Below, piece after piece: positions 20,844-31,470 of a stretch of 64,000 nucleotides of DNA (position 1 is the first letter of the stretch; every line of letters starts with the position of its first letter). The translations under genes were made by a program, and so were the position numbers. The notes beneath the pieces were generated by a model. That model saw only the letters and a list, made by a program, of their open reading frames with translations. It made no database searches and was not told where the DNA came from. The DNA comes from an uncultured delta proteobacterium. GTDB lineage: Bacteria > Desulfobacterota > Desulfobacteria > Desulfobacterales > JAHEIW01. The stretch spans positions 262,183 through 326,182 of the forward strand of contig CAVPNL010000009.1 in assembly GCA_963706575.1 (NCBI GenBank), in the 5' to 3' direction.

Positions 20844-21622
20844 ATGGACAATCAGCCAGTAATGGCCACCCAGGGGGTCACGAAAAAATTCGGAGACTTT
20901 GTTGCGATTAATAACGTCGACTTTGAACTGGAAAATAAGGAAACATTGGGCATCATCGGCCCCAACGGTGCCGGAAAAACAACGTTTATCAATCTCCTCA
21001 GCGGATTTTATCCTCCGGAAGAAGGCCGGGTTTTTTACCATGGCCAGGACATTACCGAGCTTTCGCCGGCCAAAAGGGTTAAACTCGGCATCACCCGAAC
21101 GTTTCAGCTGGTGCATGTCTTTGACAACTTAAGTGTCTACGAAAATCTGGGGCTTGCGGTTTATCGCAAAAACACAAACTCAGCGTTTACCTTCGGTATG
21201 TTTTCGAGCAGTTTGCGACAGAATGCAATCACAGCCTAAGGTCGACGAATCCCTTGAAATGCTTGAATTGGACCACCTGCGTGATGAGACCGTTGCCAGC
21301 CTGCCGCTGGGCAGCAAAAAAAGACTTGAAATTGCCATGGCCTTTGTTTCGGATCCTGAAATTATCATCTTTGATGAACCCTTTTCGGGTCTGGGTGACC
21401 AGGAAATTGATGAGGTGGTCGGCGTATTGAAAAAATATCACCCATGACAAGACCATTCTGGTAATCGAACACAAGGTTTCCAAGCTCGAGGAGTTCGTGG
21501 ATCGGCTCGCCGTGATGCATGAAGGCGAAATCATCGCCTGCGGAGAGAGCCAGGCCACGCTCAACGATCCGCAAGTTCGACGAATGTTACTGGAAACTGG
21601 AAACATAATCAAGGCAGGTTAA
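20844..21622 (+). pseudogene. LivG-like ABC ATPase, 2-3 +1 frameshifts (near 21236, 21439, possibly 21583)
   Basis: Walker A GPNGAGKTT and RTFQ, then LPLGSKKRLEIA and FDEPFSGL, then TILVIEH and LAVMHEG, in successive frames. Confidence 0.85.
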
Positions 21623-21624
21623 TA

Positions 21625-22318
21625 ATGATGAACGAAACATTGCTAAGTGTTAAAGACCTCAATGTCTCTTACAAGACCTTGCATGTTCTATTCGATATCT
21701 CCATTGAAATCAGGGAAGGCGAAGTGGTCGTCGTGGTCGGGCGCAATGGGGCCGGCAAAACCACCCTGTTTCGAACCGTTGCCGGCTTCCTGAACCAGGA
21801 CCTCAGGGGCGATCACTTTTAAAGGACAGGATATCGGAAATCTGCCCGCCTATGAGGTTGCCGTTCGCGGGCTTAAATACATTCAACAGGATAAACATGT
21901 GTTTGCGGATCTGTCCGTACGGGAAAACCTCGAGCTGGGCAGTTATGCCACCAAGGATTACGAATGGGACCGGGTGCTGGATCATTTTCCCAAGTTAAAG
22001 ACCCTGATGGACAGAAAGGGCGGCAACCTCAGCGGCGGGGAACGCCAGATGCTTTTAATGGCTCAATCCCTGCTGGGTAAGCCGGATCTGGTGTTGATGG
22101 ATGAGCCCACCGAAGGGTTGGCACCGCATGTCATTGATGATTTGAAACTAGCCTTTAAAAAGATCAGCGAACAAAGCACCCTGGTGATCATCGAACAAAA
22201 CCTGCCGCTGACGGCGGAGGTTGCTGATCGTGTCTATGCCATGAAAGAAGGCAAACTGGTTGCCGAAATCACCGATAAGAAAGAAATCCAAGATCTTGCG
22301 TTTGAAAAATATCTATAG
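21625..22318 (+). pseudogene. LivF-like ABC ATPase, +1 frameshift near 21799
   Basis: GRNGAGKTT in the first frame; LSGGERQM, MDEPTEGLAP and IIEQN in the second. Confidence 0.85.
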
Positions 22319-22373
22319 GCCGATAGTGGTATAAATGATGAATCGATCCGCCGTTTGACGATTAGGGGGTAAG

Positions 22374-23376
22374 ATGAACCAGCTTTCAAGATACATTCGG
22401 GGGCCGCTTATTCTGGTCGCACTTGCTTGTGATTGCGAGATATCTGTTTCCGAGCAAAATGACGTTCTTTTGGGAAGTCAGCACCTTTGGCATTTACATC
22501 ATCGCCAATGATATCCTTTACGGATATATGGGCATGGTCTCTTTCGGCCAGCCCTTTTATCTGGGGGTGGGGGCATACGCGGCCGCGCTCTATCTGGCGC
22601 ATATCGGCCACAATATTTTCATCGCCATCAGCCTGGCCATCCTGGCGGGCCTGGTGACCGGGTTGATCCTCGGTCCGGCATATATACGCCTGCGGGGGGA
22701 TTACTATGCGCTGATCAACGCGGCGACGTGTGCCATGGGGCTGTTTATGGTGGAAAAGGTCCTGTATCCGATTACCAATGGTGATGACGGCCTCTGGTAT
22801 CGTGCGAGTATGCATCAAACGCCATTTTTGAATCTAAAAATGCCCGGTGATGTCTTTTTGTTTACCATGATCATTCTGGGCCTGGTGATGATCTTTTATA
22901 CCTGGCTGGATCGATCGACCCTCGGGGCGGCGTTTCGAGGTATGAAGGCCAGTGAGAGCAAGATGAAATTTTTGGGCTACGATACCTTTAAGCTCAGGTG
23001 GCTGGGCTATACCATGATGTGTGTTTTAGCGGCTTTGGCGGGCTCCCTGTATGCCATCAATTATGGATTCGTAAACCCCAGCATCTCCGAGCCCGCCAGA
23101 GCGGCCGAGGTGCTGGTGGCCACGCTGCTGGGCGGGCCCGGAAGCGTTTACGGACCCTTTTTCGGCACCCTCGCCTTTCTGGGGATCAAAGACATTGTCA
23201 GTGCGATCATGGACCGTTGGGAGCTGGCGGTCGGCATTCTGACGATTATTGTCTGCTTTTATTTTGAAGGCGGCGTGTGGGGCACCATTCAGACAATCGG
23301 TTCCAAAATCAAAGGCCGGACCGCCAACCAGACGGGTGCTATCACCATCAAAACTGCCAAAGGTGGCAAAAGCTAA
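22374..23376 (+). CDS. LivM-like ABC permease (probable +1 frameshift near 22421 in the N-terminus)
   Basis: GYMGMVSFGQ, RLRGDY, ITNGDDG and LLGGPGSVYGP motifs; ATG at 22374 with RBS is one base out of frame with the main ORF 22423-23376. Confidence 0.85.
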
Positions 23377-23405
23377 AATATACCGTAAAAAAAGAGGAAC
23401 CAACT

Positions 23406-24284
23406 ATGTTTGATTTATACCTTTCCGCCGTCATTTTCGGATTGGGGATCAGCGGCATTTTGTTTCTGGTATCCATCGGCATCTCCATTGGATTCGGTCT
23501 GATGCGCATCATCAATATGGAGCAGATGGTCTATTACACTTTTGGCGCCTATATGACCTTTGCCCTGGTTTCAAGCACGGGCAGTTTTATGCTGGGACTC
23601 ATCGCCGGCACCTTGGTGGCTGCCACAGCCGGGTTTCTGGTCGAGACCCAGCTGCTGCGCAGGGTATACGGCAAAGAGCTGATGTTTACCATGGTGGTCA
23701 CCTTCAGTGTGTTCATGATCGGAATCGGCCTGGTTCAGTATGGCTTCGGACTGGCCAGCAAACCGGTCGGCATGCCCTTCCGGGTGATTGTTCCGATTGG
23801 GGGCGCCCAGGTGCCGCTTTACCGCGTGATGGTATTTGTCATCGGTATGTTGGTATATGTTTTAATCTGGCTATTTCTCAATAAAACGATTGTCGGTAAA
23901 GCCATCCGCGCCGGGATTGAAAATCCGGACCAGGTCCAGGGGCTGGGGATTAATATCCGCAAAATTTTCACCATCACATTTGTGGTTGCCAGCGGTCTGG
24001 CCGGATTCGGCGGCGCCCTCAATTCGCCCCTGGTGGGGGTTACCCCTTACATGGGTTTTGACATGCTGCTCTTTGCATTTATTACGGTGATTTTAGGGGG
24101 TCTGGGCAGTATCAAAGGAACCCTGGTTTCGGCATTGATAATGGGGCAGGTCATGTCGGTGGGCGGAACCATTTACGGTCCGCTGGCGTTCGTGGGACCT
24201 TTCATGGTGATGTTTGTTGTCATATTGTTCCGACCCACCGGTCTCTATGGTGTCAAAGGTCGGGCTTTTGGATTTGAAGAATAA
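23406..24284 (+). CDS. LivH-like ABC permease
   Basis: GISIGFGLMRIIN, GKAIRA, ILGGLGS and FRPTGLYG motifs; GAGGA RBS before ATG 23406. Confidence 0.9.
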   Translation: MFDLYLSAVIFGLGISGILFLVSIGISIGFGLMRIINMEQMVYYTFGAYMTFALVSSTGSFMLGLIAGTLVAATAGFLVETQLLRRVYGKELMFTMVVTFSVFMIGIGLVQYGFGLASKPVGMPFRVIVPIGGAQVPLYRVMVFVIGMLVYVLIWLFLNKTIVGKAIRAGIENPDQVQGLGINIRKIFTITFVVASGLAGFGGALNSPLVGVTPYMGFDMLLFAFITVILGGLGSIKGTLVSALIMGQVMSVGGTIYGPLAFVGPFMVMFVVILFRPTGLYGVKGRAFGFEE

Positions 24285-24353
24285 GTGTACAAGAACTTAC
24301 GCACGTACGTAATTACGAAAATACGCAAATAAGCATATAATACCGGTATGAAA

Positions 24354-24400
24354 ATAACGCAGACAACCGCACTCAATTGATGGATGTCTGCGTTATCTTT
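24354..24400 (+). terminator. Putative intrinsic terminator after the ABC transporter genes
   Basis: ATAACGCAGACA ... TGTCTGCGTTAT followed by CTTTT. Confidence 0.5.
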
Positions 24401-24605
24401 TAGAAGTGGTTTCAAAACCCCATCTGAGGTCCAATGGCTGCGTTGTCCCGCCCATTGAAATGCTCACGTACTTACGTGTACGCTCGGAACAACGACTTCC
24501 AATGCGCGGGACGCCTTGATGCATACATTAATCTATTTAGATCAGACATGTAATCCCGCTTAGCGGGGCCCTAGCACCTGATCTGAGGTTTTGAAACCAC
24601 TTCTA
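24401..24605. mobile_element. MITE-like element, family A copy 3, with a nested 50-nt unit (24519-24568)
   Basis: TAGAAGTGGTTTCAAAACC ... GGTTTTGAAACCACTTCTA terminal repeats. Confidence 0.8.
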
Positions 24606-24661
24606 GGCGTTTCACGCATAAGCGATTGAGTTTATCAATAAAACTGGAAAGGAATTTAGCA

Positions 24662-25027
24662 ATGACAGCTCCTTTTAAAAAGCAGTCGGAAGTCGAATGG
24701 GAATCCCATTTTATGACCGATAACGGCAAGATCCGCTGGATTTACACCCGCGAAAAGGATGACTCTCCGATTACCGTTATGCAGGTCCGGTTGGAAAAGG
24801 GGGTGACCCTGCCCGATCACGTCCATCCGGATCAGCCGGATCTGATATACGTGCTTGAGGGTAAAGGCACGATGTTCATTGACGGCGTCGGCGAGTTTCC
24901 GGCCGAGGCCGGAATGATTATTCAGGTACCGCCCAACACCAAGCACGCGATTCGCAATATTGAAGAAGATATCCTGCTATACAATGTTTTTGTACCGGCG
25001 ATTCCGTATAAAAAAGGCAAGGAGTAG
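24662..25027 (+). CDS. Cupin domain protein
   Basis: LPDHVHPDQPDLIYVLEGKG and VPPNTKHAIRN motifs; AAAGGA RBS. Confidence 0.88.
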   Translation: MTAPFKKQSEVEWESHFMTDNGKIRWIYTREKDDSPITVMQVRLEKGVTLPDHVHPDQPDLIYVLEGKGTMFIDGVGEFPAEAGMIIQVPPNTKHAIRNIEEDILLYNVFVPAIPYKKGKE

Positions 25028-25029
25028 CG

Positions 25030-26517
25030 GTGATCGCGGACGAAGCTGCAACGCTTCCTCAAATGGGTGATTATGATGTGATCATCATCGGCGGCGGAAT
25101 TATCGGCGCCATGATCGCCCGGCAGCTGTCCAAATTTCAGGGGCGTTTCGCGCTTCTGGAAAAAGCGGCTTTTCCCGGATGCGGGGTTTCCAAAGCGAGC
25201 CTGTCTCAAATCCATCTGCCGGATTTTTGCCCGCCGGGTTCGCTCAAAGGCAGGCTTTGCCGCAATGCACCCGCGCGCTTCAAGAAATTGGCCACTGAAC
25301 TGGAAGTTCTGTATCGTGAGGTCGATGAGCTCTGGCTGGCTTTGGAACCGGCCCAGATGAGCGACCTCGAGGCGGCCAAAGCACGTGCGGAATCACACGG
25401 CGCCACCGGTTTTGAAATCATCGGCCCCCAACGGATACGTGAGCTTGAGCCCCATGTCACGCCCGATGCGGTGGCCGGTTTATATGCCAAAGGGCTGGGG
25501 GTTATTTATACACCGGAATGGAATTTCGCGCTGATTGAAAATGCCGTGCAAAATGGTGTGCAACTGCATTTGCAAACAGAAGTTATTGATATTGGCAAAA
25601 CCAAAGACGGGGCCTATCGCCTGATCACCCGTCAGGGGACGCTGACCGCAAGTTATGTGATTAATGCGGCTGGACTCTATGCCGACGAAATCTCTAAAAT
25701 GGCGGGCGACGGACATATTCATTTATCCCTGCGCAAAGGGACCATGCTCATTTTCGATAAATCCGTATCGCACCTGGCACGAAACATGATATTCGGCAGC
25801 TTCAGCGAATCCCACAGCCAGGATATTGCCCCGACGGCACATGGCAATCTCATTCTGGGGGTGCATTATGTCAAAACCGATAAAAAATCCGATACCCGAG
25901 TCAGCCGACAAGGTATTCGAGAGACCCTCAAGCTGGGCCGCCAGCTGATTCCAGCGCTGTCGGAAAAAGACGTAATAACCAGTTTCGCCGGTATTCTGGC
26001 CAATTCGAATATGAGCCGCGACGGTGACTTTTTCATTGCACCGTCTGAACATGCACCCGGCGTTATTCATGTGATGGTGGGTGCTCCGGGGCTGAGTGCC
26101 GCGCCGGCAATTGCCGACTATGTCGTCCAGCTGCTTGGGGATGCCGGCTGGCGCACAGCGGAAAAAACCGACTTTAATCCGCGGCGCGGGGGATGGCCCC
26201 GATTCATAACGGCCCCGACGGCCAAAAAACAGCAGATGATTGACACTGACCCAAAATATGGTCACGTTCTATGCAGATGTGAGCAGGTCACCGAGGCTGA
26301 AATTCTGCAATCCATCCACCGCGGGGCCCACACGATGGATGCCGTCAAGCATCTCACCCGGGCCGGAATGGGCCGCTGCCAGGGGGGATTTTGCGCCCCT
26401 TTCGTATTGAAACAGCTGGCAAATGAACTGGGCATACCGCCCACCCGGGTCACCAAAAACGGGCCGGGATCTCATCAAGTCTTAAAAATGACCAAAGCGG
26501 AGGCGGACAACGAATGA
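25030..26517 (+). CDS. FAD-dependent oxidoreductase with C-terminal BFD-like [2Fe-2S] domain (GlpA/LhgO-like large subunit)
   Basis: DVIIIGGGIIG, VINAAGLYAD, PTAHGNLILG, CRCEQVTEAE and TRAGMGRCQGGFC motifs. Confidence 0.9.
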   Translation: MIADEAATLPQMGDYDVIIIGGGIIGAMIARQLSKFQGRFALLEKAAFPGCGVSKASLSQIHLPDFCPPGSLKGRLCRNAPARFKKLATELEVLYREVDELWLALEPAQMSDLEAAKARAESHGATGFEIIGPQRIRELEPHVTPDAVAGLYAKGLGVIYTPEWNFALIENAVQNGVQLHLQTEVIDIGKTKDGAYRLITRQGTLTASYVINAAGLYADEISKMAGDGHIHLSLRKGTMLIFDKSVSHLARNMIFGSFSESHSQDIAPTAHGNLILGVHYVKTDKKSDTRVSRQGIRETLKLGRQLIPALSEKDVITSFAGILANSNMSRDGDFFIAPSEHAPGVIHVMVGAPGLSAAPAIADYVVQLLGDAGWRTAEKTDFNPRRGGWPRFITAPTAKKQQMIDTDPKYGHVLCRCEQVTEAEILQSIHRGAHTMDAVKHLTRAGMGRCQGGFCAPFVLKQLANELGIPPTRVTKNGPGSHQVLKMTKAEADNE

Positions 26518-27771
26518 TGGCGCCTGCACTTCATCTTGATCTGGCGATTATCGGCTCCGGGCCGGCGGGCCTGGCGGCGGCTGTAAAAGCCAGGCAGCTG
26601 GGCATCAAAGACGTGGTGGTCTTTGAAAGAGATGAGCGCCCGGGTGGCATACTGCCGCAATGTATACACAATGGATTCGGCCTTCAGAAATTCGAGGAAG
26701 AATTAACCGGACCCGAATATGCCAATCGCTATATTCAGATGGCCGCCGATCATGATGTGGATATTGAACTGGACACCATGGTTCTGGAGATCGATAAAAA
26801 CCGGACACTAACTGCTGTCAGTGAACATGGCGGCCTGCGAAACTATCAATGCAAATCGATGATCCTTGCCATGGGTTGCCGCGAAAGACCGCGGGGCGCC
26901 ATCGGCATCCCCGGCACCCGGCCGGCGGGTGTTTTCACTGCCGGTCAGGCCCAGCGCATGGTAAATATCGAGGGCTATATGCCCGGAGAAACAGCAGTTA
27001 TCCAGGGTTCCGGCGATGTGGGTATGATCATGGCCCGGCGCCTGACCCTCGAGGGCGCTGAAGTCAAAGCGGTTACCGAAATTCAACCCTATACCAGCGG
27101 GCTCATTCGAAACGAAGTGCAGTGCTTGCACGACTTTGACATTCCCTTGCTGTTGCGTCATACCGTCGCGGAAATTCATGGTGATAAACGGGTTGAAGGG
27201 GTCACCGTAACAAAAGTGGATGCGGGCTGGAATCCAGTAGCGGGCAGCTGAAAAATTTATTGAATGCGACACCCTGCTGCTATCGGTGGGATTGATCCCC
27301 GAAAATGAATTGTCCAAAATGGCGGGGGTGGCCCTGGATCCCCAGACCGGCGGCGCTTATGTCAACGAATTTTTGGAAACCGATGTGCCCGGGATCTTTT
27401 CCTGCGGCAACGTGCTGCATGTCAATGATTACGTGGATGAAGTGTCTACCGAAGGCGAAATTGCCGCCCGGGGGGCCCGGTATCGGATCAAGGGCAAGCT
27501 TGCTGGCGAAAAGAATCTGATTGCCATCGAGGGGGATGAAACCATCGGGCAGATCGTGCCACAAGCCATCAGCGGGCAGCGGCCGGTGACCTTCTACATC
27601 CGCGTCAAGCGTCCGATGGAGAAACTGACGTTGCGCATCGGAGATGTTTTCGAGAAAAAATTTGCCTATGCGCGCCCCGGTGAGATGATGCGGGTCCGCC
27701 TGCCGAAAAAGGTATTTGCTGATATGAAACCCGCGCCAACCCGCTTTAATGTGAGTTGTGAGGAACGCTAG
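26514..27771 (+). pseudogene. NAD(P)/FAD-dependent oxidoreductase (partner subunit of the GlpA-like enzyme), +1 frameshift near 27248
   Basis: IIGSGPAGL, GGILPQCIHNGFG, AMGCRER and GSGDVGMIMARR, then CDTLLLSVGLIPEN and CGNVLHV in the +1 frame. Confidence 0.87.
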
Positions 27772-27774
27772 CCC

Positions 27775-28134
27775 ATGAGCAATTTACAGGAACTCATCTG
27801 CATTACCTGTCCCAAAGGCTGTGTCACCAAAGTATGGAAGGAAAAAGGTGACATAAAGATCGAGGGCCAGATTTGCAAAAAAGGAAAAGACTATATCAAA
27901 CAGGAGTATATCGAACCCAAACGAATGCTGACATCCACGGTGGTTGTCGAGCGCAGCACGGTCAAGAGATTGCCGGTTCGAACCCGGGAGGCGATTCCCA
28001 AGAAAAAGCTGTTTATGGCCATGAACCAATTGCTTGAAATCCGGGTAAAACCGCCTGTCAAGATTGGCGATGTCATTATTTCCAATTTGTTAAATACCGG
28101 TATCGATGTGATTGCATCCGATGATTTGTTATAG
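27775..28134 (+). CDS. DUF1667 (CxxC metal-binding) small subunit of the GlpA-like complex
   Basis: LICITCPKGC, CKKG, PKRMLTSTV, LPVRT and PVKIGDVII motifs; conserved third gene of this trio. Confidence 0.88.
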   Translation: MSNLQELICITCPKGCVTKVWKEKGDIKIEGQICKKGKDYIKQEYIEPKRMLTSTVVVERSTVKRLPVRTREAIPKKKLFMAMNQLLEIRVKPPVKIGDVIISNLLNTGIDVIASDDLL

Positions 28135-28202
28135 GCGATTTCAAAATTAGCAGTTCATCTTGGAAGGCAGAGAAAAATGATCCAAAGGTGCTCTAAAGTA
28201 AG

Positions 28203-28334
28203 AAATGCCTAAAATGACTAAAATGAGCTAAAATGCCTAAAGTTGAGGAATTCTATCATTTTTATAAAAAAGACGGAGCGCGAGCGAAACCATAATTTTA
28301 GGCATTTTAGATCATTTTAAATTTTAGCTCATTT
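28203..28334. repeat. Palindromic element, family C copy 1
   Basis: AAATGCCTA/AAATGACTA tandem units on the left, TTTAGGCATT/TTTAGCTCATT on the right; core GAATTCT.TCATTTT...GAGCG.AGCGAAACC shared with copies at 31934 and 38831. Confidence 0.75.
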
Positions 28335-28396
28335 GTTGTTGTAAGCACTTATTCCAAAAGGGGCATAGCCCCTAACATGAAACGGAGGTACCCCCC

Positions 28397-29279
28397 ATGG
28401 CTAAAAAGGTTCAGGGCGTCTTCGCGCCGATCTCAACCCCTTTTATCGATGATGAAGTGGCGTTTGATCAGTTTAAAGAAAATATAAAAAAATACAGCCA
28501 GACGCCGTTAAATGGATATTTGGTCCTCGGCAGCAACGGAGAAAGCAAGAGCCTCACCGAGGACGAGAAGTTGAAACTGCTGGAGATCGTGCTGCAGGAG
28601 AAAGCCGCTCATCAACTGGTCATGGCCGGAACCGGATATGAATCCACACGCCAGACCATCGCCTTTTCGAAAAAGGCGCAGGCAGCTTGGTGCGGATCTG
28701 GTTTCACTGGTTACGCCGTCCTATTTTAAAAAAAGCCTCACAGATGATGCCTTAATCGGATATTACACTCAGGTGGCCGAGGCGCTGAGCATCCCGGTAT
28801 TTGCCTATAATGCCCCGGGATTCACGGGACTGACCCTATCTGCCGCTGTGATTGAAACCATTTCGCAACATCCCAATATCGGGGGGATGAAGGATACATC
28901 TCCGGCCGGGCTTGCCGGTTATCTGGAAGTTTGCGGGGACGATTTTGATGTGCTGGCCGGCAGCATGAACACCCTTTTCATCGGTCTTTCCCTGGGCGCC
29001 TCCGGCGGGGTGATCTCGCTGGCGAATGCATTTCCGGAGCCGTGCTGCGCCTTATATGAGGCCTTCACCGGCGGTGATATCGCCACGGCCCGCCAGGTGC
29101 ATTCCAGGCTTTTTCGTCTGAATAAAGCGGTGTCCGGTGCTTCAGGGGTTGCGGGGGTAAAATATGCCATGGAACTGGGGGGGTATCATGGGGGAAACCC
29201 GCGCCTGCCGCTGCTGCCGATCAAAGACGCCGATAAGCAACGGATTAAAAATGCTGCGGAAGAGGCCGGTGTGCTGTGA
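28397..29279 (+). pseudogene. DapA/NAL-family aldolase (4-hydroxy-2-oxoglutarate aldolase-like), +1 frameshift near 28679
   Basis: FAPISTPF and VLGSNGE, then LGADLVSLVTPSYFK, YNAPGFTG and HPNIGGMKD (Schiff-base Lys). Confidence 0.87.
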
Positions 29280-29309
29280 AAATTAGGTGAAGGGTCGGGG
29301 ATTTTTCCC

Positions 29310-29377
29310 GTCATCCCCGCACAGGCGGGGATCCAAACATAAAAACATTTCTGGATTCCCGCCTGCGCGGGAATGAC
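29310..29377. repeat. REP-like inverted doublet (GTCATYCCCGC.CAGGCGGGRATCCA type)
   Basis: GTCATCCCCGCACAGGCGGGGATCCA ... TGGATTCCCGCCTGCGCGGGAATGAC, inside an outer GTCGGGGATTTTT / AAAAACTTCCCGAC inverted repeat. Confidence 0.75.
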
Positions 29378-29451
29378 AAGTTTTTAATAAAAAAACTTCC
29401 CGACGTCTTAGATGAATACCATTCGCTGAAAGCAAAGGAGGACCGGCAACC

Positions 29452-30474
29452 ATGAAGACCATGGTCCTGTCTCAATACAACACGCCATTGGAAGTACACG
29501 ACAGAGAAATTCCGCGAGCTGAACCCGGAGAAGTTTTGTTGAAAGTAAAGGCCTGCGGTATCTGTCAGACCGATCTTAAAATCATCAGAGGTGCCATTCC
29601 GCCGCCGATCGTGACCCTGCCCCATGTGCTGGGGCACGAGGTGGTGGGAGAAATCGCGGCCGTGGGCAAAAATGTTTGCGGTTTGCAGGAAGGCGATGTC
29701 GGTGTCGTTTACAGCTACGTTGCCTGCCATAACTGCGAGCTGTGCCTGGCCGGACGAGAAAACCTCTGCGTCCACCTTGAGCGTATCGGGTTTGAACGTG
29801 AAGGCGGGTTTACCGAATACTTGAAAGTTCCGGCCTATAATTTTTGTTCATTCAGCAAGGACCGGCCGATTGAAGAAATGGCGATCCTGGCAGATGCCAT
29901 CGGAACCCCCTACCGTGCCATTACCGGTTTGGCGAAGGTTCGGCCGGGCCAGCATGTACTGATCGTCGGTGCTGGCGGTCTGGGGATCCATGCGGTGCAA
30001 ATTGCGAAACTCTGCGGCGCCCATGTGACCGTTGTCGACCTGGATCCCAATGCCCGGGATCTTGCGAGATCCTATGGCGCCGATGAAGCACTTGATCCGG
30101 TTGATGCCGCCGAGGCCATTGCCGATCAGACCGGGGGTCGGGGCGTGGATGCGGTGATTGAAATTGTGGGCTATCCGGAGACGCTGGACTGGTCCCTGCC
30201 GGCCTTAAAAAGCGGCGGCAAGTTAATCCTGGTGGGCTACGCACCGGAGCATCCGTTTGCGCTCAATACGATGATGATGCACTACAATGAATATGAAATT
30301 ATCGGTTGTCGGTTTGTGACCAAAGCGGAACTGCTGGAGCTGATCTCCCTGGTGGAAAACGGCAAGATCAAACCGGTGGTCACCCAAACCTTTCCGTTTG
30401 ACCAGGTCAACGCGGCACTGGACACATTAAAAGAAGGCAAAAGCCTTGGCAGAATCGTATTAGTTTTGGCGTAG
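29452..30474 (+). CDS. Zinc-dependent alcohol dehydrogenase (MDR family)
   Basis: CGICQTD, GHEVVG, CHNCELCLAGRENLC and GAGGLG motifs. Confidence 0.93.
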   Translation: MKTMVLSQYNTPLEVHDREIPRAEPGEVLLKVKACGICQTDLKIIRGAIPPPIVTLPHVLGHEVVGEIAAVGKNVCGLQEGDVGVVYSYVACHNCELCLAGRENLCVHLERIGFEREGGFTEYLKVPAYNFCSFSKDRPIEEMAILADAIGTPYRAITGLAKVRPGQHVLIVGAGGLGIHAVQIAKLCGAHVTVVDLDPNARDLARSYGADEALDPVDAAEAIADQTGGRGVDAVIEIVGYPETLDWSLPALKSGGKLILVGYAPEHPFALNTMMMHYNEYEIIGCRFVTKAELLELISLVENGKIKPVVTQTFPFDQVNAALDTLKEGKSLGRIVLVLA

Positions 30475-30482
30475 CCAAAACA

Positions 30483-30651
30483 AGGTTCAAAGGTTCAGGG
30501 TTCCGGATTCAGAAGTTTTAGAATTTAAGTAACAGGTTTCTGACAGCTAAAGAGGGCTATCCTATGCTCGGGTTTTCATTTGTCTTCTGTTCTCTAACCT
30601 CTGAACCTGTGAACGTTGAACCTTTGAACCAGGAGACTGACACCTGAAACC
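30483..30651. repeat. Palindrome of GGTTCA-containing heptamers (family B flanks without the REP core)
   Basis: AGGTTCAAAGGTTCAGGGTTC ... GAACCTGTGAACGTTGAACCTTTGAACC, then CTGACACCTGAAACC. Confidence 0.65.
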
Positions 30652-30700
30652 ATTTAAACAGTACTCACTATTACCAAAAGACAAAGGAGATAAGTAAACG

Positions 30701-31456
30701 ATGATGACCTACACCATTCGACCCATTTGCACCGGGTACCAGCGGCTGGATAAAGGCTGGTACGCGACATTTCGGCGGGGTCACGGCGAAATTATCGAGC
30801 ACCCCGTATTTGCGTTTCTGATTGAAGGCGGCGGGCGCAAAATACTGGTGGACACCGGTATGAGCGACACCGAGCGATCCCAGAAGTACCATCATGAGGG
30901 GCGTCAGGACCCGGGACAGGCCATCCACGACCAGCTTGAAAGCCTGGGGGTCGGACTGGATGAAATCGAAATCATCATTTTTACGCATCTGCACTGGGAT
31001 CATTGCTACAACATGAAAAAGTTTACCAAAGCCAAACTCTATGTCAGTGAAAGAGAATACCGCTTTGCCTTAAATCCCATACCTTTCTATATGAAGTCTT
31101 ATGAGCATCCATCCCTTGGCATCGGCTGCCCCTGGGAGGGATGTAAATTCAATCTGATCAAGGATGAAGAAGAGGTCGTTGACGGGATTCGCGCGTTTCA
31201 GACACCAGGGCACAGCCCCGGGCATATGGGCGTTGCGGTTCAAACCGAGAAGGGCATTTATGTTATAGCCGGGGATATGGTTTTTATCAGGGAAAATCTG
31301 GAACCGGACGCGGAAACCGGCTGGCCCTTTTATCCGCCGGGCCGATTTTACAATGTTTTAGAATTATGGCACAGTATCGAGGATGTTATCCGGCGGGCGG
31401 ACTACGTCATGTTAACCCACGATCCCTCTCATTTTGAGCAGGAAATATATCCTTAA
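30701..31456 (+). CDS. Metallo-beta-lactamase-fold lactonase (AHL-lactonase-like family)
   Basis: ILVDTG, THLHWDH, TPGHSPGH, IAGD and THD motifs. Confidence 0.9.
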   Translation: MMTYTIRPICTGYQRLDKGWYATFRRGHGEIIEHPVFAFLIEGGGRKILVDTGMSDTERSQKYHHEGRQDPGQAIHDQLESLGVGLDEIEIIIFTHLHWDHCYNMKKFTKAKLYVSEREYRFALNPIPFYMKSYEHPSLGIGCPWEGCKFNLIKDEEEVVDGIRAFQTPGHSPGHMGVAVQTEKGIYVIAGDMVFIRENLEPDAETGWPFYPPGRFYNVLELWHSIEDVIRRADYVMLTHDPSHFEQEIYP

Positions 31457-31470
31457 AAGGAGATCTTAAT

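Noticed and set aside
27249..27251. Selenocysteine read-through of the TGA in the NAD(P)/FAD oxidoreductase
   Set aside because: The same frame stops again four codons later and homology continues in the +1 frame
10549..28679. Programmed ribosomal frameshifting or phase variation
   Set aside because: No shared slippery sequence or long homopolymer at the sites, and these families are not known to be recoded
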